Positions 38,554 to 50,144 of a stretch of DNA of 64,000 nt are shown here, one piece after another (positions within the stretch are counted from its first letter, which is position 1; each line of letters starts with the position of its first letter). Below the pieces are notes generated by a model. It saw only the letters and a list, made by a program, of their open reading frames with translations, was not told where the DNA came from and ran no database searches. Made by a program: the position numbers and the translations under genes. Source of the DNA: Albugo candida (taxonomy: Eukaryota); NCBI GenBank assembly GCA_040437565.1, contig JBDOQK010000031.1, positions 124,001-188,000 on the forward strand, in the 5' to 3' direction.

Positions 38554-40011
38554 CTAGCTGAACATGGAGGGACTTTCGCTCACTCTCTCGTAATAGTGCA
38601 TCGTGCAAAGTCTGTCTCTTTGTGAATTTTTCGTACAATTTGGATGTGTGCACCGCCGTATCGCATTTTGTAGTCGTGTTAGTATGTCGTCATAGCTTTC
38701 GATATTTCCTGGTTGTTCTGATAGCTCCTTGGCTTGTCTGATGATTAAATTGCCATGAGTTCGACATAAATGATTGCGCTGAGAATGCTTCACGCAATCA
38801 GGAAAGCTGCACATTGTGTACGCACAGTTCAATCGACGCTTACTAATGTGCTTTGGTAAACGTCCTGTGGCCATCAGTAACTTCTCATGACCTCGACAAT
38901 ACCCGCGGCCTTGATCATTCTTGAAACATCCTAAAGTTTTACACACTGGAACATTCTGAGCTCGATTGGCCAAGACATCATGAAGAGCCTCCTTTCCAAG
39001 CGAGATATGCTTCGCGCACATCGAATACTTTGCAGCCGCCTTATCGCGACATCCTGGAAAGCCACAGGGCGCAACAATTACGTGCCGATTACAAAACTTT
39101 CCATATATTTGCAGAACCCTCGCTCGATTTGGACAGCTATGATAATCACATTGATGGTGATGACCTTCAATCGGTTTTTGGCGAAGATCGCACTCACTTT
39201 CTTCCTCATTAATTTCATTTGGTGATCCAAATGGGTCTTTTCTGTAGTGTGATGTGTGGCTTTGATACAAGTGATCGACATTGGGATGCAATTGGACCGG
39301 CCCTGGTTCTGTTGTTGCAAAGTACTCAGTGCCTACATTGGAATGACCAGAAGAATCATATCGAAATTTATACATCAGGTTATTGGTGACATTTTCCGGA
39401 TACGTCGCAGGGTGGTTGGATCGCGGAGGAACATTCTCCCCTGTTATTTCATTTCGTGTGCCCATGTATACCTTCTGATCAACTTCTCGCATTGGTACGA
39501 TCGTATCGTGAGCCCGGTTACCAGAAATATCTGACGTTATGTATTGTGAATCTAGTGGATTCAAAATAAAATCAGATCTTCCCGCTGTCGTTCCCCAGAA
39601 TGCTAAATTCCGTTCATCACTAAATGTAGTGTTTTGATCATTGCGTGCTACATACTGATGCGACGTCAGTGAAGGAATGTAGTCCGCACGAGCTCTTCTG
39701 TAGGTCTGTTGCACGCCGATAGGTAAATTTGCCCTCGCATCAACATGGGATGTATATATGATAGAATTTTGAGGTGGATAGTGCGATCTTGGGATCACGT
39801 CTTCGTTCATGATAGGAGCACGATAATCAATCCGATCTGTGTACGTGTCTGGGCCATGATCACCTTTATGTAGATTTTGCTTCATGACGGCGAAGCTTGA
39901 AGTTTTCAAATTCGGGATTGAAAGAGTTCTTCCAGTTTGATCCAAAATCAGTGTTCCGTGTGACCGATTCAAATTCACCTCAGTAGCAGAGACCGGTACG
40001 GTCCCATACAT
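38554..40011 (-). CDS. WRKY19-like zinc-finger repeat protein (putative transcription regulator; no WRKY DNA-binding motif)
   Basis: Five C-x4-C-x(9-13)-C-x2-H units in the C-terminal part and a low-complexity N-terminus. The first in-frame ATG is at 40011. Confidence 0.8.
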   Translation of the reverse strand: MYGTVPVSATEVNLNRSHGTLILDQTGRTLSIPNLKTSSFAVMKQNLHKGDHGPDTYTDRIDYRAPIMNEDVIPRSHYPPQNSIIYTSHVDARANLPIGVQQTYRRARADYIPSLTSHQYVARNDQNTTFSDERNLAFWGTTAGRSDFILNPLDSQYITSDISGNRAHDTIVPMREVDQKVYMGTRNEITGENVPPRSNHPATYPENVTNNLMYKFRYDSSGHSNVGTEYFATTEPGPVQLHPNVDHLYQSHTSHYRKDPFGSPNEINEEESECDLRQKPIEGHHHQCDYHSCPNRARVLQIYGKFCNRHVIVAPCGFPGCRDKAAAKYSMCAKHISLGKEALHDVLANRAQNVPVCKTLGCFKNDQGRGYCRGHEKLLMATGRLPKHISKRRLNCAYTMCSFPDCVKHSQRNHLCRTHGNLIIRQAKELSEQPGNIESYDDILTRLQNAIRRCTHPNCTKNSQRDRLCTMHYYERVSESPSMFS

Positions 40012-40980
40012 CTTGTGCACGTGGATGTGAAGAAAGGCGACAACAACGATTGTGTAGTAAATGTTTTGTATTGACTGAGGTCTCCCTGCAATCACTTTTA
40101 GTCAAGAATTTCGTTCAATCTTGCAGATGGTTTACAGGATCCTCTGCACCGAACTGAACTCGCTCTCGTTAAATGCCCAGAAATACGATAGGTGTGCTGA
40201 CTACCCTCTACGTCAGAAGAGGAGCGGACCCAATGTGTTCTTTTATCTGAACCTAAACAAAATCGAGGATTACACAGATCTGACTTGTGATTGTTAATGT
40301 AAAAGTCTGTTCTGCTGAGTAACACGGTTTAAGCTTTACAGTACATTATACGGTATTGAAGCATGTGTGCGTGCATTAGAATATTCAAGCTACTTTGCTA
40401 CTACCGATCACATCTGGCTAGGAAAATCCCTTTTATCTTCAAACAGTCATCATTTCTGAACTCGAACGCACACACTTGAGCCATCGAGGAACGGATCAAA
40501 GTAAGACAGGCTGGTTCTGATTCGTCAATCAGAAATAGTGATATCAATAAGTACTGTAGAGGCGTAGCTACTCGATCGATGTTGTTAATTCGAATAAGTA
40601 CCATCGAGCTCTGTTTCATATCAAAGGCGCCAAACTGCACCAAATATCCGGTATCCTCTTCTATGAAATTAAAAGGATTATCTTCGGGGGTATCGCATCT
40701 CTTTCTAATTCAAAATCCAGAGTCGGATTACAATAGAAAAGCAGGTGATCGACACAGATGATTCCAAGTATGTTCGCAGTATGCTTACATTCAAGCGCCT
40801 TTCTAGGGAGTAGGGTTACCAACTAGCAGAAGAGCATTCGTCATTTTATATGAGTTTTAACTATGCTACGAGGACTCGTACTTTTGATGAAAAACAGTCT
40901 AAGCTGTTTAGACAGGGTTCTTTAGCTTCATTCTAGCATGGCAGTAATGATTAAAATCAATTTTGGATTCTACAGATAAC

Positions 40981-42305
40981 TCACCGTCTGACATGTGGAT
41001 GTCGAAAGCGAAAGAATCCCATTACAATTGAAGCAATGCTGAAGGAAAACCTGGACATTTGTGATACTTCAGATATCGGATTGTTTACACAAATTCATTT
41101 TCATACCATGTGATTGCATACCCAGCGTGCTTCTCTGGAGTCATGTAGAAGGTTAAATAGTTGGATGGAGTTTTCCGAAGGGGGGAATTCAGAGTGATCT
41201 CGCCCTCGCACTCATCATCATCTCCTGTATATGATATGGGCTCAGTTGAAGAGCTTTTCAATGTTGATACATTACTTGATGCATCGATGATGACAGGAAG
41301 CATGTTTCGAATGCCCATTGCCTCAGCCAATGCGTGATGATCTAGCCAGTACATGTGGCGATTAGCTAGGTCATTTTCAGGAGTGAATTTTCCTTTCTAC
41401 AAATGAGTCATCAGCCAAATAGTCAAGGATCTGATGACTGCATGTACCTTTTCGCCTTTACGGAGAAAGCCGCTCAATGTAACATGACCACCATCTTCTT
41501 TATTGGTGCTTCCAATATGCTTCTCTAGTAATTGATTCGGTAGCCACCCACGATTTACAATCACCGGCGTTCTACAGATCGATGATTACTACACCTTGCA
41601 ATGCTTCGTTCAATTCAGTCTCACGCACCCATTTTCGCGTAAGAGAAGCGAATAAATATATCCGCCGGGCTTAGGACTTGCAATATTATCACTTACATCT
41701 GCGGGTGACGATCTCGGATCTATCACGTTAGAATGTATTTGGCAATAACATCGCATCAAAAGATTTCGGCTTCGTACAAAGATGAAAGGTGCTATTTGGT
41801 TTCCATTCACCCTCGACCCGCAGCTGATGATACTCCAGCTTGTCTCTGACAATTGATCATGCTTTAAAGATGATTTAAGTCGATGTATGGAACTCATACA
41901 TTTCATCTGATTGAACTGCTTTCTCAGGTAAGTCGCAAGTGTTTGCCATCATTTGCGATTCTCGATCGCGGATTAATTGTCGCTTCCAGTAATAGCGCTT
42001 ACTCTACCACGTATCATCAATTGGTGACAATGCGTAATCAGATCCCTAAAGTAACCTGCCAAAATCCAAGAGCTGCCGTACTTGTTGCCTAATTGCATAG
42101 AATTGTATACAATGAGAGCGCTTCCTGATCATAACCTAAAAAAATCTACAATTGTCGAGAAAACTGCAATTCCTGCAAATCGAGATAATCTGCTGTCTGC
42201 GCGCTTGGTTTCGGCGTTTCTTGTTGCATTGACATATTGCTGCCTCGTATATTCGCTTAGCTTTGGTAGCAACACTCGAAATCCATGGCATCTTTGTATC
42301 ATCAT
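40981..42305 (-). CDS. SURF1: SURF1/Shy1 cytochrome c oxidase assembly protein, about 8 exons (mostly missed by the ORF track)
   Basis: Spliced by eye: TAALGFWQ-SKRYYWK, LEYHQLRVEGEW, GGYIYSLL, VIVNRGWLP, FTPEND...MYWLD and HAGYAITW-FSFS. The Arg-rich N-terminus is compatible with a mitochondrial presequence. TGA is at 40981-40983. Confidence 0.88.
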
Positions 42306-43148
42306 CGAGTTAGTAGGTCCTAAATAAGGTGATACCCCAAACTTCAGATGCAGTCATCTTTCATGTGCTTTATTACATCCACTGAGTTTACTGTATGCGT
42401 CATTATCAAATGCCTCCGATTAAGAATTAAGAATGAGACCTCAATTCATGCAGTAAATCTTCTGCGAAGAGAATGACGTCTCGATTTTATATTGGAGAAT
42501 TACGCTTGTTAACAGTGTGGCAACATATTTGAATCCGTATGCAGTGGCGAGATGCAAACACTCTGCTATCATGCAGTAAGAAATCTATTGGTATACTTCC
42601 CCGGTTCTAAAGCTCTCTGTGAATAATATTCTAGCTGTGAGGAGCCTAGATTGCAACAAGATTGTAGTATTATCGTTCAACCAAACGCATATGGCGACGA
42701 AGTACGATCTTCAGTCCAAAGCACTCAATACTTCGTCTCAAGCATGGATACAGCGACAGCGTGCTAAAGTCGTGCCGACCGATATGATAGTGAAATGATC
42801 AGCTCACTACGTTACTGGCATTTGCAAGCTGGTTAATAAGGTTGTCTCCAAGTCATTTTGCTGTCTTACGTAAATAAAATGATCCAATTAGAGACTTGAA
42901 AGCCAGCTTTTTTTCCGAATCTACTGTAAGGATCCCAACGAGTCGTATGTGTAAGATAACGAGGACAATTCGGCATCCATTGCATTCCCTTGTAGTATAT
43001 GCCTTCAGTCGCACCCATTTTGCGACATAATAAATCTACAAGCCGCCTAACTCTTCATCACAGAGGAGCCACACAGCGTCACGCTCACCGCGCGATGAAG
43101 CATGTAATCAGCCATGACGATTTGTGTCAATTCTTAAGCGACTTTATC

Positions 43149-46100
43149 TCACTTGCGAATAGCAGAGCTCGATTTGAAAATGGCGATGGCGACAGCTGCT
43201 AGGTCCTCCCGGCAGCGAGTCTAATCATACATTCACATCACTTAGTCTCGCTGCCACACGTACGATAGTGACAAGACCTCTTTTATATGCTCTACATTGG
43301 CGCAGACTGCGCGATAGTGAACTAGATCCGAAGCTCCCATCGCAACTATCTGTAAATTGAGTGTGAAGGGGAGAATATTGTGTTAACAAATCCGTTACTA
43401 GTTTACCTCTGCGCTCATCATAGCTTTTCCATACGTTTTCCATATAAGGCTGGTAAGCTGTACAAACACGCTTGATAAACTCACAACAATTAAATGTTGT
43501 TCAAAAAGAAAAATGTACCCTCCGCTTTCTTCTTTTACTGCCTAATAAGATTCCAAAATCTTCGTAAAAACTATGTAGATATTCTGGAGAGCAACTTCTT
43601 TTCAAGTTCTGACAAAGTAATTGTCTCTCTTGGTCATTACTCTACTCTCAGGGACACATAAGCATGTTTGCAAATACAATGTGATCAATCGACCACGTAC
43701 CACTTTATCAGGGCCACAATCGAAGTTGTCATGCTCTGGAACGAACGATGGTGATTTGCTAATGCTCCGCTTGCTAATGAAAGCAGCTCGCAAAAAGCTA
43801 CTTTGGTCCCCAGCTTCACTTTTTCTCTGCGCTGGGCTTCGTTCATTTTCCAGCATTCGCTTCTCCTCTTCTACTAGAATCTACGAATCACAACAACCTC
43901 GTAGCATATACGGCGAAATTCTTGGAGATATTATAACAGGCTCACATTCAGATTGAAGAAATTCGGAGTATCAAAGAGAAGCCAGAACTTAGCTCGATAA
44001 TATATTGATACATCCCGACTTTTCCAAAGATCGAAAATTCTCGCCCGGGTTTGCTGGAATGCTTGCACCATTTCCCTATAGAGAGTTCAACTTGAGGCTT
44101 GTAAACTGTATAAGAAGTGCATTCTCGTACTTCTGTGAATGCCTTCGGGAGATGCATCCACGGTGAATGCTCTGCAATTGGACGCAAGAAGATCGCCATT
44201 GTTGTAATCTTTTCCTGGTCATTCTTCCGCGCCAAATCGCTTGGAGACGACCAACGCTGAAGCAGATCTTGTGCAAGCGAGATTTTAACAGAAATTGCCT
44301 CATAAAAGACTGAAGTTTTCGTATCATATGGCGTTTCATGATCCACATTCGACGCTGTATACGCATCCGAAAAATAGCTTGAATTTTGATGACTGCCGTG
44401 CGAATTAAAATAAAGTGCATTCGGTGCCTACGGCCCTGCATCAAGCACTTAAATGAAAACGTTTGGCAAGCTTATAGAATGGAGAGAACCTTGGTCCATG
44501 TGATAACATAGCGCTGGAATGTTTTGAAAGCGAGTATTTGACTGAGATATCGCTTTCGTTGACGGCGCATCCGATAAAACGATTGAATCTGTCATAGTCA
44601 AAGTTGCGTAATTGTAGAAGACGCAAAAGTGGATACATCAACATCACGAACCTGAATGACTGATTTTCGTATCTCTTCCCATCCCGAATAACTAGCTGCA
44701 TTGGGTCGGAAAAAGGCGCTTTGATGGAAATGTAAGTCTTCTCGAATGATGCAAAGATTCCGTGGCTTGCGAACTATTCCGAATAGATTTCTATCCAACG
44801 CAAACATCGACGTTACTACCAAACTTCCCGATTATCATATACAGAGCACACTTTTTCAGCTTGGGAAAATAATTGTACTACATATTTGCGTCAGCCAAAC
44901 ACCATCTTGCGATAAACAAATCGAATCACCTTGTACCTTGTAAGTAATCCCTTCTGGAAGCCCAAAAGCGGATGGAGGAGGAGCCACGAAAGTTTCTTGT
45001 ATCTCTTCAGAGTTGTCCGTCAAAAAGCTACAATCATACTTTTTTTTTCCGATGGTCAAGGAGCGATTGAGCTTTTCATGGATTGACTGATCGAAAAATA
45101 ACACTTTTCCTGATTTCGCATTATCGGCACGTTCAGCACAGAAGCGCTGAAACATCTGCGTCGATAGTAATTGTGTCAAAAACGATTTCGTCCCATTGTC
45201 CGTTATCTCATGGAGAAATCCATCCGCATCAAATGAAGTCTTAGTGTAGAAGGCTTCATCATCATTTCGCTACAAACTCGCGTTTCGTAAAAAATGAAGA
45301 CACAGAGAAAGAAAAGCTTCCGTACCAGGTATTGAGGGTATTTTCGCAGCATACTAACAAAAAATCTCAAAAAGCTTCTCCGAATGCCATGCGTTGAGAA
45401 AGTTTGCGTTTCATTGTAATAACTATCCGTCAAAGATACCGTCGACCAGATATCTTCGTGTTTGTTGAGTGCATTTGGACTTGTGCTTGGCATCACACCT
45501 ACGTTAGGCGATTCCCCATGATAACTAGACGACGTAGACGCACGACTTCCTCTTTGAAAGCTTCGGTGGCGCAGCTGTTCTGTTTTTGAATCCAATGACG
45601 ATGGGGATGGAAGCTGCGACTTGGATGCGGGTGACGATGAATGCGATGACAAGTAAACAGGTGAAGGGGAAGTTACTCCTCGACTTCGTATGCTTTTTCC
45701 CACTTGCTGAGATACGTTGTTGGAGATGCGATGAGAGTTTGATTGAGCATGCAACCTGTTGTGTGGTAGCGTGTGCCCGTCTTCGACCACAAACGCATCG
45801 ATCGGGTTGATGTTGTCTTCATTTGCAAAAGCCTGGTTACAAACGAAATCTTAAATGCACGGTATTACTCTTCACAGACACTCACAAAATCGGCTTTGTT
45901 AACATCGGACGCGAATGGATCGAATATCTACATCAAGTCATTCCTTATGAAAGCTTCACAAGTAGCAAGATAATAAAACTTCATACGTTGCCATATTCCA
46001 AAAGCTTTGAGCGAAGCTTTTTCGCCTCTCGATCGGGCAGCTTCGGGAGTGTAATGGAAATGTCATCTTCATCCAAAGCTGGAATGACTCTAGATGCAGA

Positions 46101-47933
46101 ATAATGAATCCGGGCAGATTTGAGTACTCGTGACATACCGATTATGGTCCAGATCGACAAAGAATATCCCTCTCATCCTGCTTGACATTACTTTCAGCAT
46201 TGAAGCGTGCGCACCAATCAGAAACGGAACCGGAGCTTCAATCATGTCCCACATGGATAACGGAAGCACCGGTATGTAGACACCTTGCCACGAAAACGGA
46301 AACAACAGAGATAAAAGTGTCTCTGCAATCGGAGTCAGGATTGCAATATGTTTGGAGCACAGCACAACCTATCATGCTCATTAGTGTGGGCAATCGACAC
46401 CGATTAGGATGGAAACTTACTTTGTACTCCAAGATGATGCATGTGAAAATTGTAAGTATGTTGTTGATATCGAGCGTCCGAAAGAGCGGACGGAAGGAGT
46501 ACTGCCAAAGAGGGCCGTATGGGGAAATGCAGATAGAAAAAATATCAAAAGTACGTACATCAACCAGAGAAAATGTATTTTTCGGAGGCCTAAATATGGT
46601 ATGGATGTCTTCAGGAAAAGTTATCTGGACTTGAACTAGCCCTTTGGGAGGAACTGGTATCTCTGACACAAAATTGGTAATGTAGCGTTCCAGCGGCATC
46701 GGAGATTCGGATAACGTGACCCGATATATCTAAAATCCGCCCGACGTCAATAACTTTCATATATTATGTTGCAAAAGATGCTTCTCTGCTGCAACTCACC
46801 TGCCGGAGAAATTCCTGAAAAGTTGTAAAATACGGATAATGCGATAAGATTAGGATACATTTTGGACGATAAATTGTTCGCGTGTACGGGAGAGTACCTC
46901 CCTTGTTCAATACGTCAGCGCATACCGACAATTGCCTACATTTGTTCGAATCAAAATCGAATGAATATAAGCGATCATATAAAATCAATTTGGCTGACCC
47001 GTCTGACGTTTTGGTGAACAAAGATATCAACTCCAAAGGATGCAATTTCTCGTAAAACTTGAAGACTGAAGCATACAACTTGACACCATTGACATTCGTT
47101 AAAACAAAAGAGAAAGTTGTTGGAGCTTTGTATGTATTTAAGAGACGGTATCCCTCAGGAAACGAAAACTCTGGTATATGCGATAATAGGAATTCATCTT
47201 CGGCCATAGATTCCCGGGGAACCATATCAACTACCACAGGCACAAAATCAAGACTATCCAATGAGATAATTTGTGCTCCATCTTCCAAATGGCGCTGCTT
47301 GCCTCCAACCACGATAAAGTGATTTATGAAGCGTGTTTTATTTTCCGTCGTATTCTCCTTCGGTTTTTCTTTTTGCAATTCATCTGATTCATATTTTTCA
47401 TCTACCCAAAGTCTCGTTCCCAAACTTTCGTTGTTCTCAAATTCCTCTTGATCAGCGTGAAGTGCTAATCGATACTTCATCCGTATCAAATTCAATTGTC
47501 TCCAGTCATCAGTCAGGTGGCATGGGTCAAAATCGCTACTTTCGTTACCTCTACTTTTGGCCAGTAGCTCATAGTCAGCATTTACTTTCTTGTTGCCACC
47601 GAAACTGATCACTTGCTGAATTTCCTTCTCACTCCAGGTATCCAAATGCAATGATTTTATTCTGGAAGTGTACACACCAAGCTTTCGATGTAATCCAGCA
47701 CATTGAATACAAAGAAATACCCCCAGTGAAGAACTGACCCACACTGAATCCTGTAAGTGTGCATTGCAATCCGCACAGTGTTGATTTTCGAGCTCTGAAC
47801 GATAAAAATCCGTCAACTTACGCATTCGTCTCTGTTGATTTACCAGTGGCGATGCCGTAGCTCTATCAGATACTAATTCTGAGTCGCAAAATGTGGTGGA
47901 GCGGTATATAGGCTCAATTTGAGGCTGCAACAT
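43149..47933 (-). CDS. ArfGAP + uDENN/DENN/dDENN + IQ repeats + NACK-C (DUF3490)-like domain protein, multi-exon; 3' end uncertain
   Basis: CADC...CIQCAGLHRKLG...IKSLHLDTW (ArfGAP); FSFPEG, FSFVLT, PKCILILSHYPYF, LLFPFSWQGVYIPVLP and APVPFLIG (DENN); TQMFQRFCAER (dDENN); 5-6 IQ-like motifs. Confidence 0.85.
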
Positions 47934-48395
47934 CGTAGAGCTCCTGACCCACTCTGACTATGGTTTAAAATACCAGAATTAAAAAGGTATGAAACGCCTT
48001 ATGACGATACAGAATTTGTGCGATTTGCAGGAACCTCTAGCATTACATTCATGGGTCCGACCACGCAGTGAGGTATATCGTGTTTATAGTGTGCTTTAAT
48101 GGCAGAAACAATTGAGAATAATAAAACACAGCTTAGAATTCGAGGCTCCGAGCGTATAATTTGCATCGAGCAAGTGTTAAGAATTCTTTATTAAATACGT
48201 AGGAAGTTTAAGCGACACAAAGCAACACAAAATCACGTTTGAATCATGTAACTAAACGGATCCTACGGATCCTATCGAATAGTATCACGATCTTTGCCAC
48301 GCCTTTTCAGACATTTTTGGTGTCAGAAGGCATTTGGTGTGTCTATCCCGAGACCGTTTAGTTTTTTAATCTTACAAAATCGTGAGGTTGGCGAT

Positions 48396-50099
48396 ATGCA
48401 TCTTCTACCCCGTTTGAGTGTCTGGAGAATCTTCCTTGTATTCTCATCTTCGCAATTGTGTCTCGAAGGATATGAACGGTCGAGGAGTGCGGATGCTATA
48501 TTAACAGTTCCTGTCACGGTGGACGGAAATGTGGAAGATTTACGCTTGTTTGAGGGAGAGAGTTATGAAGATGCTGCAACGGCATTTGCTCGAACGAATG
48601 GGCTTATGAACTTGAAAGATCCAAACAAAGCTCAACAAATAGTTCAGCAGCTTTCGGGTATTCTGAAGGACCGATCGATGGCAATGCAATCAGCAGAGCC
48701 TACTCCAAGCGAGACCGAATCGGAGCGGACCGTGCAGCTCACAATTCCCTTAACGATTGACGGATCGTCCACACAATTAGTCAAGTACAAAGAAGAAAAC
48801 TCTCAAGATGCCGTGAATCGTTTTTTCTCAACTTTGACACTGACAGAGGATGTCAAGGCACAACTCGTTCCACAGCTGCTATCGTTGATTCAGACTCGGC
48901 TTGAGGAAATCCAAGTAAGAAAAGAAGAATTGTTCTCATTCACAGTCACCATAGACGGAAAGGATACGGTCGTTCGTCACTATCAAGACGGTAATCCGGA
49001 AGAAGAGGCCATGGATGTGTTACGAGCTCTGAATATGGATTTGATAACGATGCAGCATCTGGCACCGCAAATCAAAGCTGAAATAACAAAACGCTTGGGG
49101 ATGGGTGGATTATCGGAAGCTCAGTCACACGAGAATGTCATATCGGATTCTCATCGTGAGCTATTCACGGTCCAAGTTACGATCAATGGCATTGCAGCCG
49201 ATCTTGCACACAATGAAGGAGACACATTGGAGGAAACTGCATCATCGTTTCTGCATAAGCATGGAATCATTGATGAAGAAAGTGTTCAAACTTATATGCC
49301 CCAGTTGATTGATATTCTACGTGCACGACTTGATGCCTTACAAGTAAAACAAGAAGAATCAAGCCCTGTGGAGCCTACCTCACACGACCCAAAGTCACTT
49401 GTGGAGGAGCAAGCATTACCAGAGCCTTTTGTCATTATCAATGTACAGGTCGAAGATGGTCACGAGGCATTGCTTCGCTACTACGAAGGTGACGATATCA
49501 ATTTAACCGTGAAGCATTTCTTAGAATCCTTCAAGCTCGCAGATGATGAGATATATCAGCAAAATTTTCATCACTTGGTTACGCTTATCCAAGATCGTGT
49601 GAAAACAAGACTTGAAGAGCTATCACAAGCCGACAATTCCCGACATCCTACTGTGTTTACGGTGCCCGTGAGTTTGGGTGGTGTCGAGCACAACTTTGAG
49701 TATTATGAAGGGCAAGAGCCTTTGCATGCGATACGAACATTTTGTGATGAACGGCTCCAGACCTTCCGCGTCGATAACTCTATCGAGTTTGATAATGCAC
49801 AGATGCAGGAATGCGAAAACGTGCTAGTGTCTCACATGAAGAACATTTTGGAACAGCCCAGAGCGCGAGAGGAGCAGGATGCTGCCGGACATGCTGAGGA
49901 CACCACTCAACTCGATAAAGCGGAACTTCTTTTCACAATCGAAATTGATATTGGAGACTCACGAATTGCGCACCTCAAGTACCATCAAGGCCAGAATCCG
50001 ACCTCTGTGGCTGAAGCCTTTTGTGAAGAGTTCAAGATTGACGTAAAAAACGTCCCGATGCTTGTTGAAGCACTTGAAGGGCAGCTAACAAAGCTCTAA
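48396..50099 (+). CDS. Protein with seven tandem ~70-90-aa PFU-like repeats and a possible N-terminal targeting peptide
   Basis: Intronless ORF with a recurring pattern F-T-[IV]-x-[VI]-x-[IL]-[DN]-G...Y-[EQ]-G-x-x-[PL]-x3-[AV]-x2-F. ATG 48396 precedes a moderately hydrophobic segment. Confidence 0.8.
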   Translation: MHLLPRLSVWRIFLVFSSSQLCLEGYERSRSADAILTVPVTVDGNVEDLRLFEGESYEDAATAFARTNGLMNLKDPNKAQQIVQQLSGILKDRSMAMQSAEPTPSETESERTVQLTIPLTIDGSSTQLVKYKEENSQDAVNRFFSTLTLTEDVKAQLVPQLLSLIQTRLEEIQVRKEELFSFTVTIDGKDTVVRHYQDGNPEEEAMDVLRALNMDLITMQHLAPQIKAEITKRLGMGGLSEAQSHENVISDSHRELFTVQVTINGIAADLAHNEGDTLEETASSFLHKHGIIDEESVQTYMPQLIDILRARLDALQVKQEESSPVEPTSHDPKSLVEEQALPEPFVIINVQVEDGHEALLRYYEGDDINLTVKHFLESFKLADDEIYQQNFHHLVTLIQDRVKTRLEELSQADNSRHPTVFTVPVSLGGVEHNFEYYEGQEPLHAIRTFCDERLQTFRVDNSIEFDNAQMQECENVLVSHMKNILEQPRAREEQDAAGHAEDTTQLDKAELLFTIEIDIGDSRIAHLKYHQGQNPTSVAEAFCEEFKIDVKNVPMLVEALEGQLTKL

Positions 50100-50144
50100 G
50101 TATCAGTATAAAACACCAATGTTTCTTATATGCGCTTTGGTACG

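Noticed and set aside
48256-48273. Short tandem repeat ACGGATCCT x2
   Set aside because: Two copies of a 9-mer in a promoter region are not enough to support a function.
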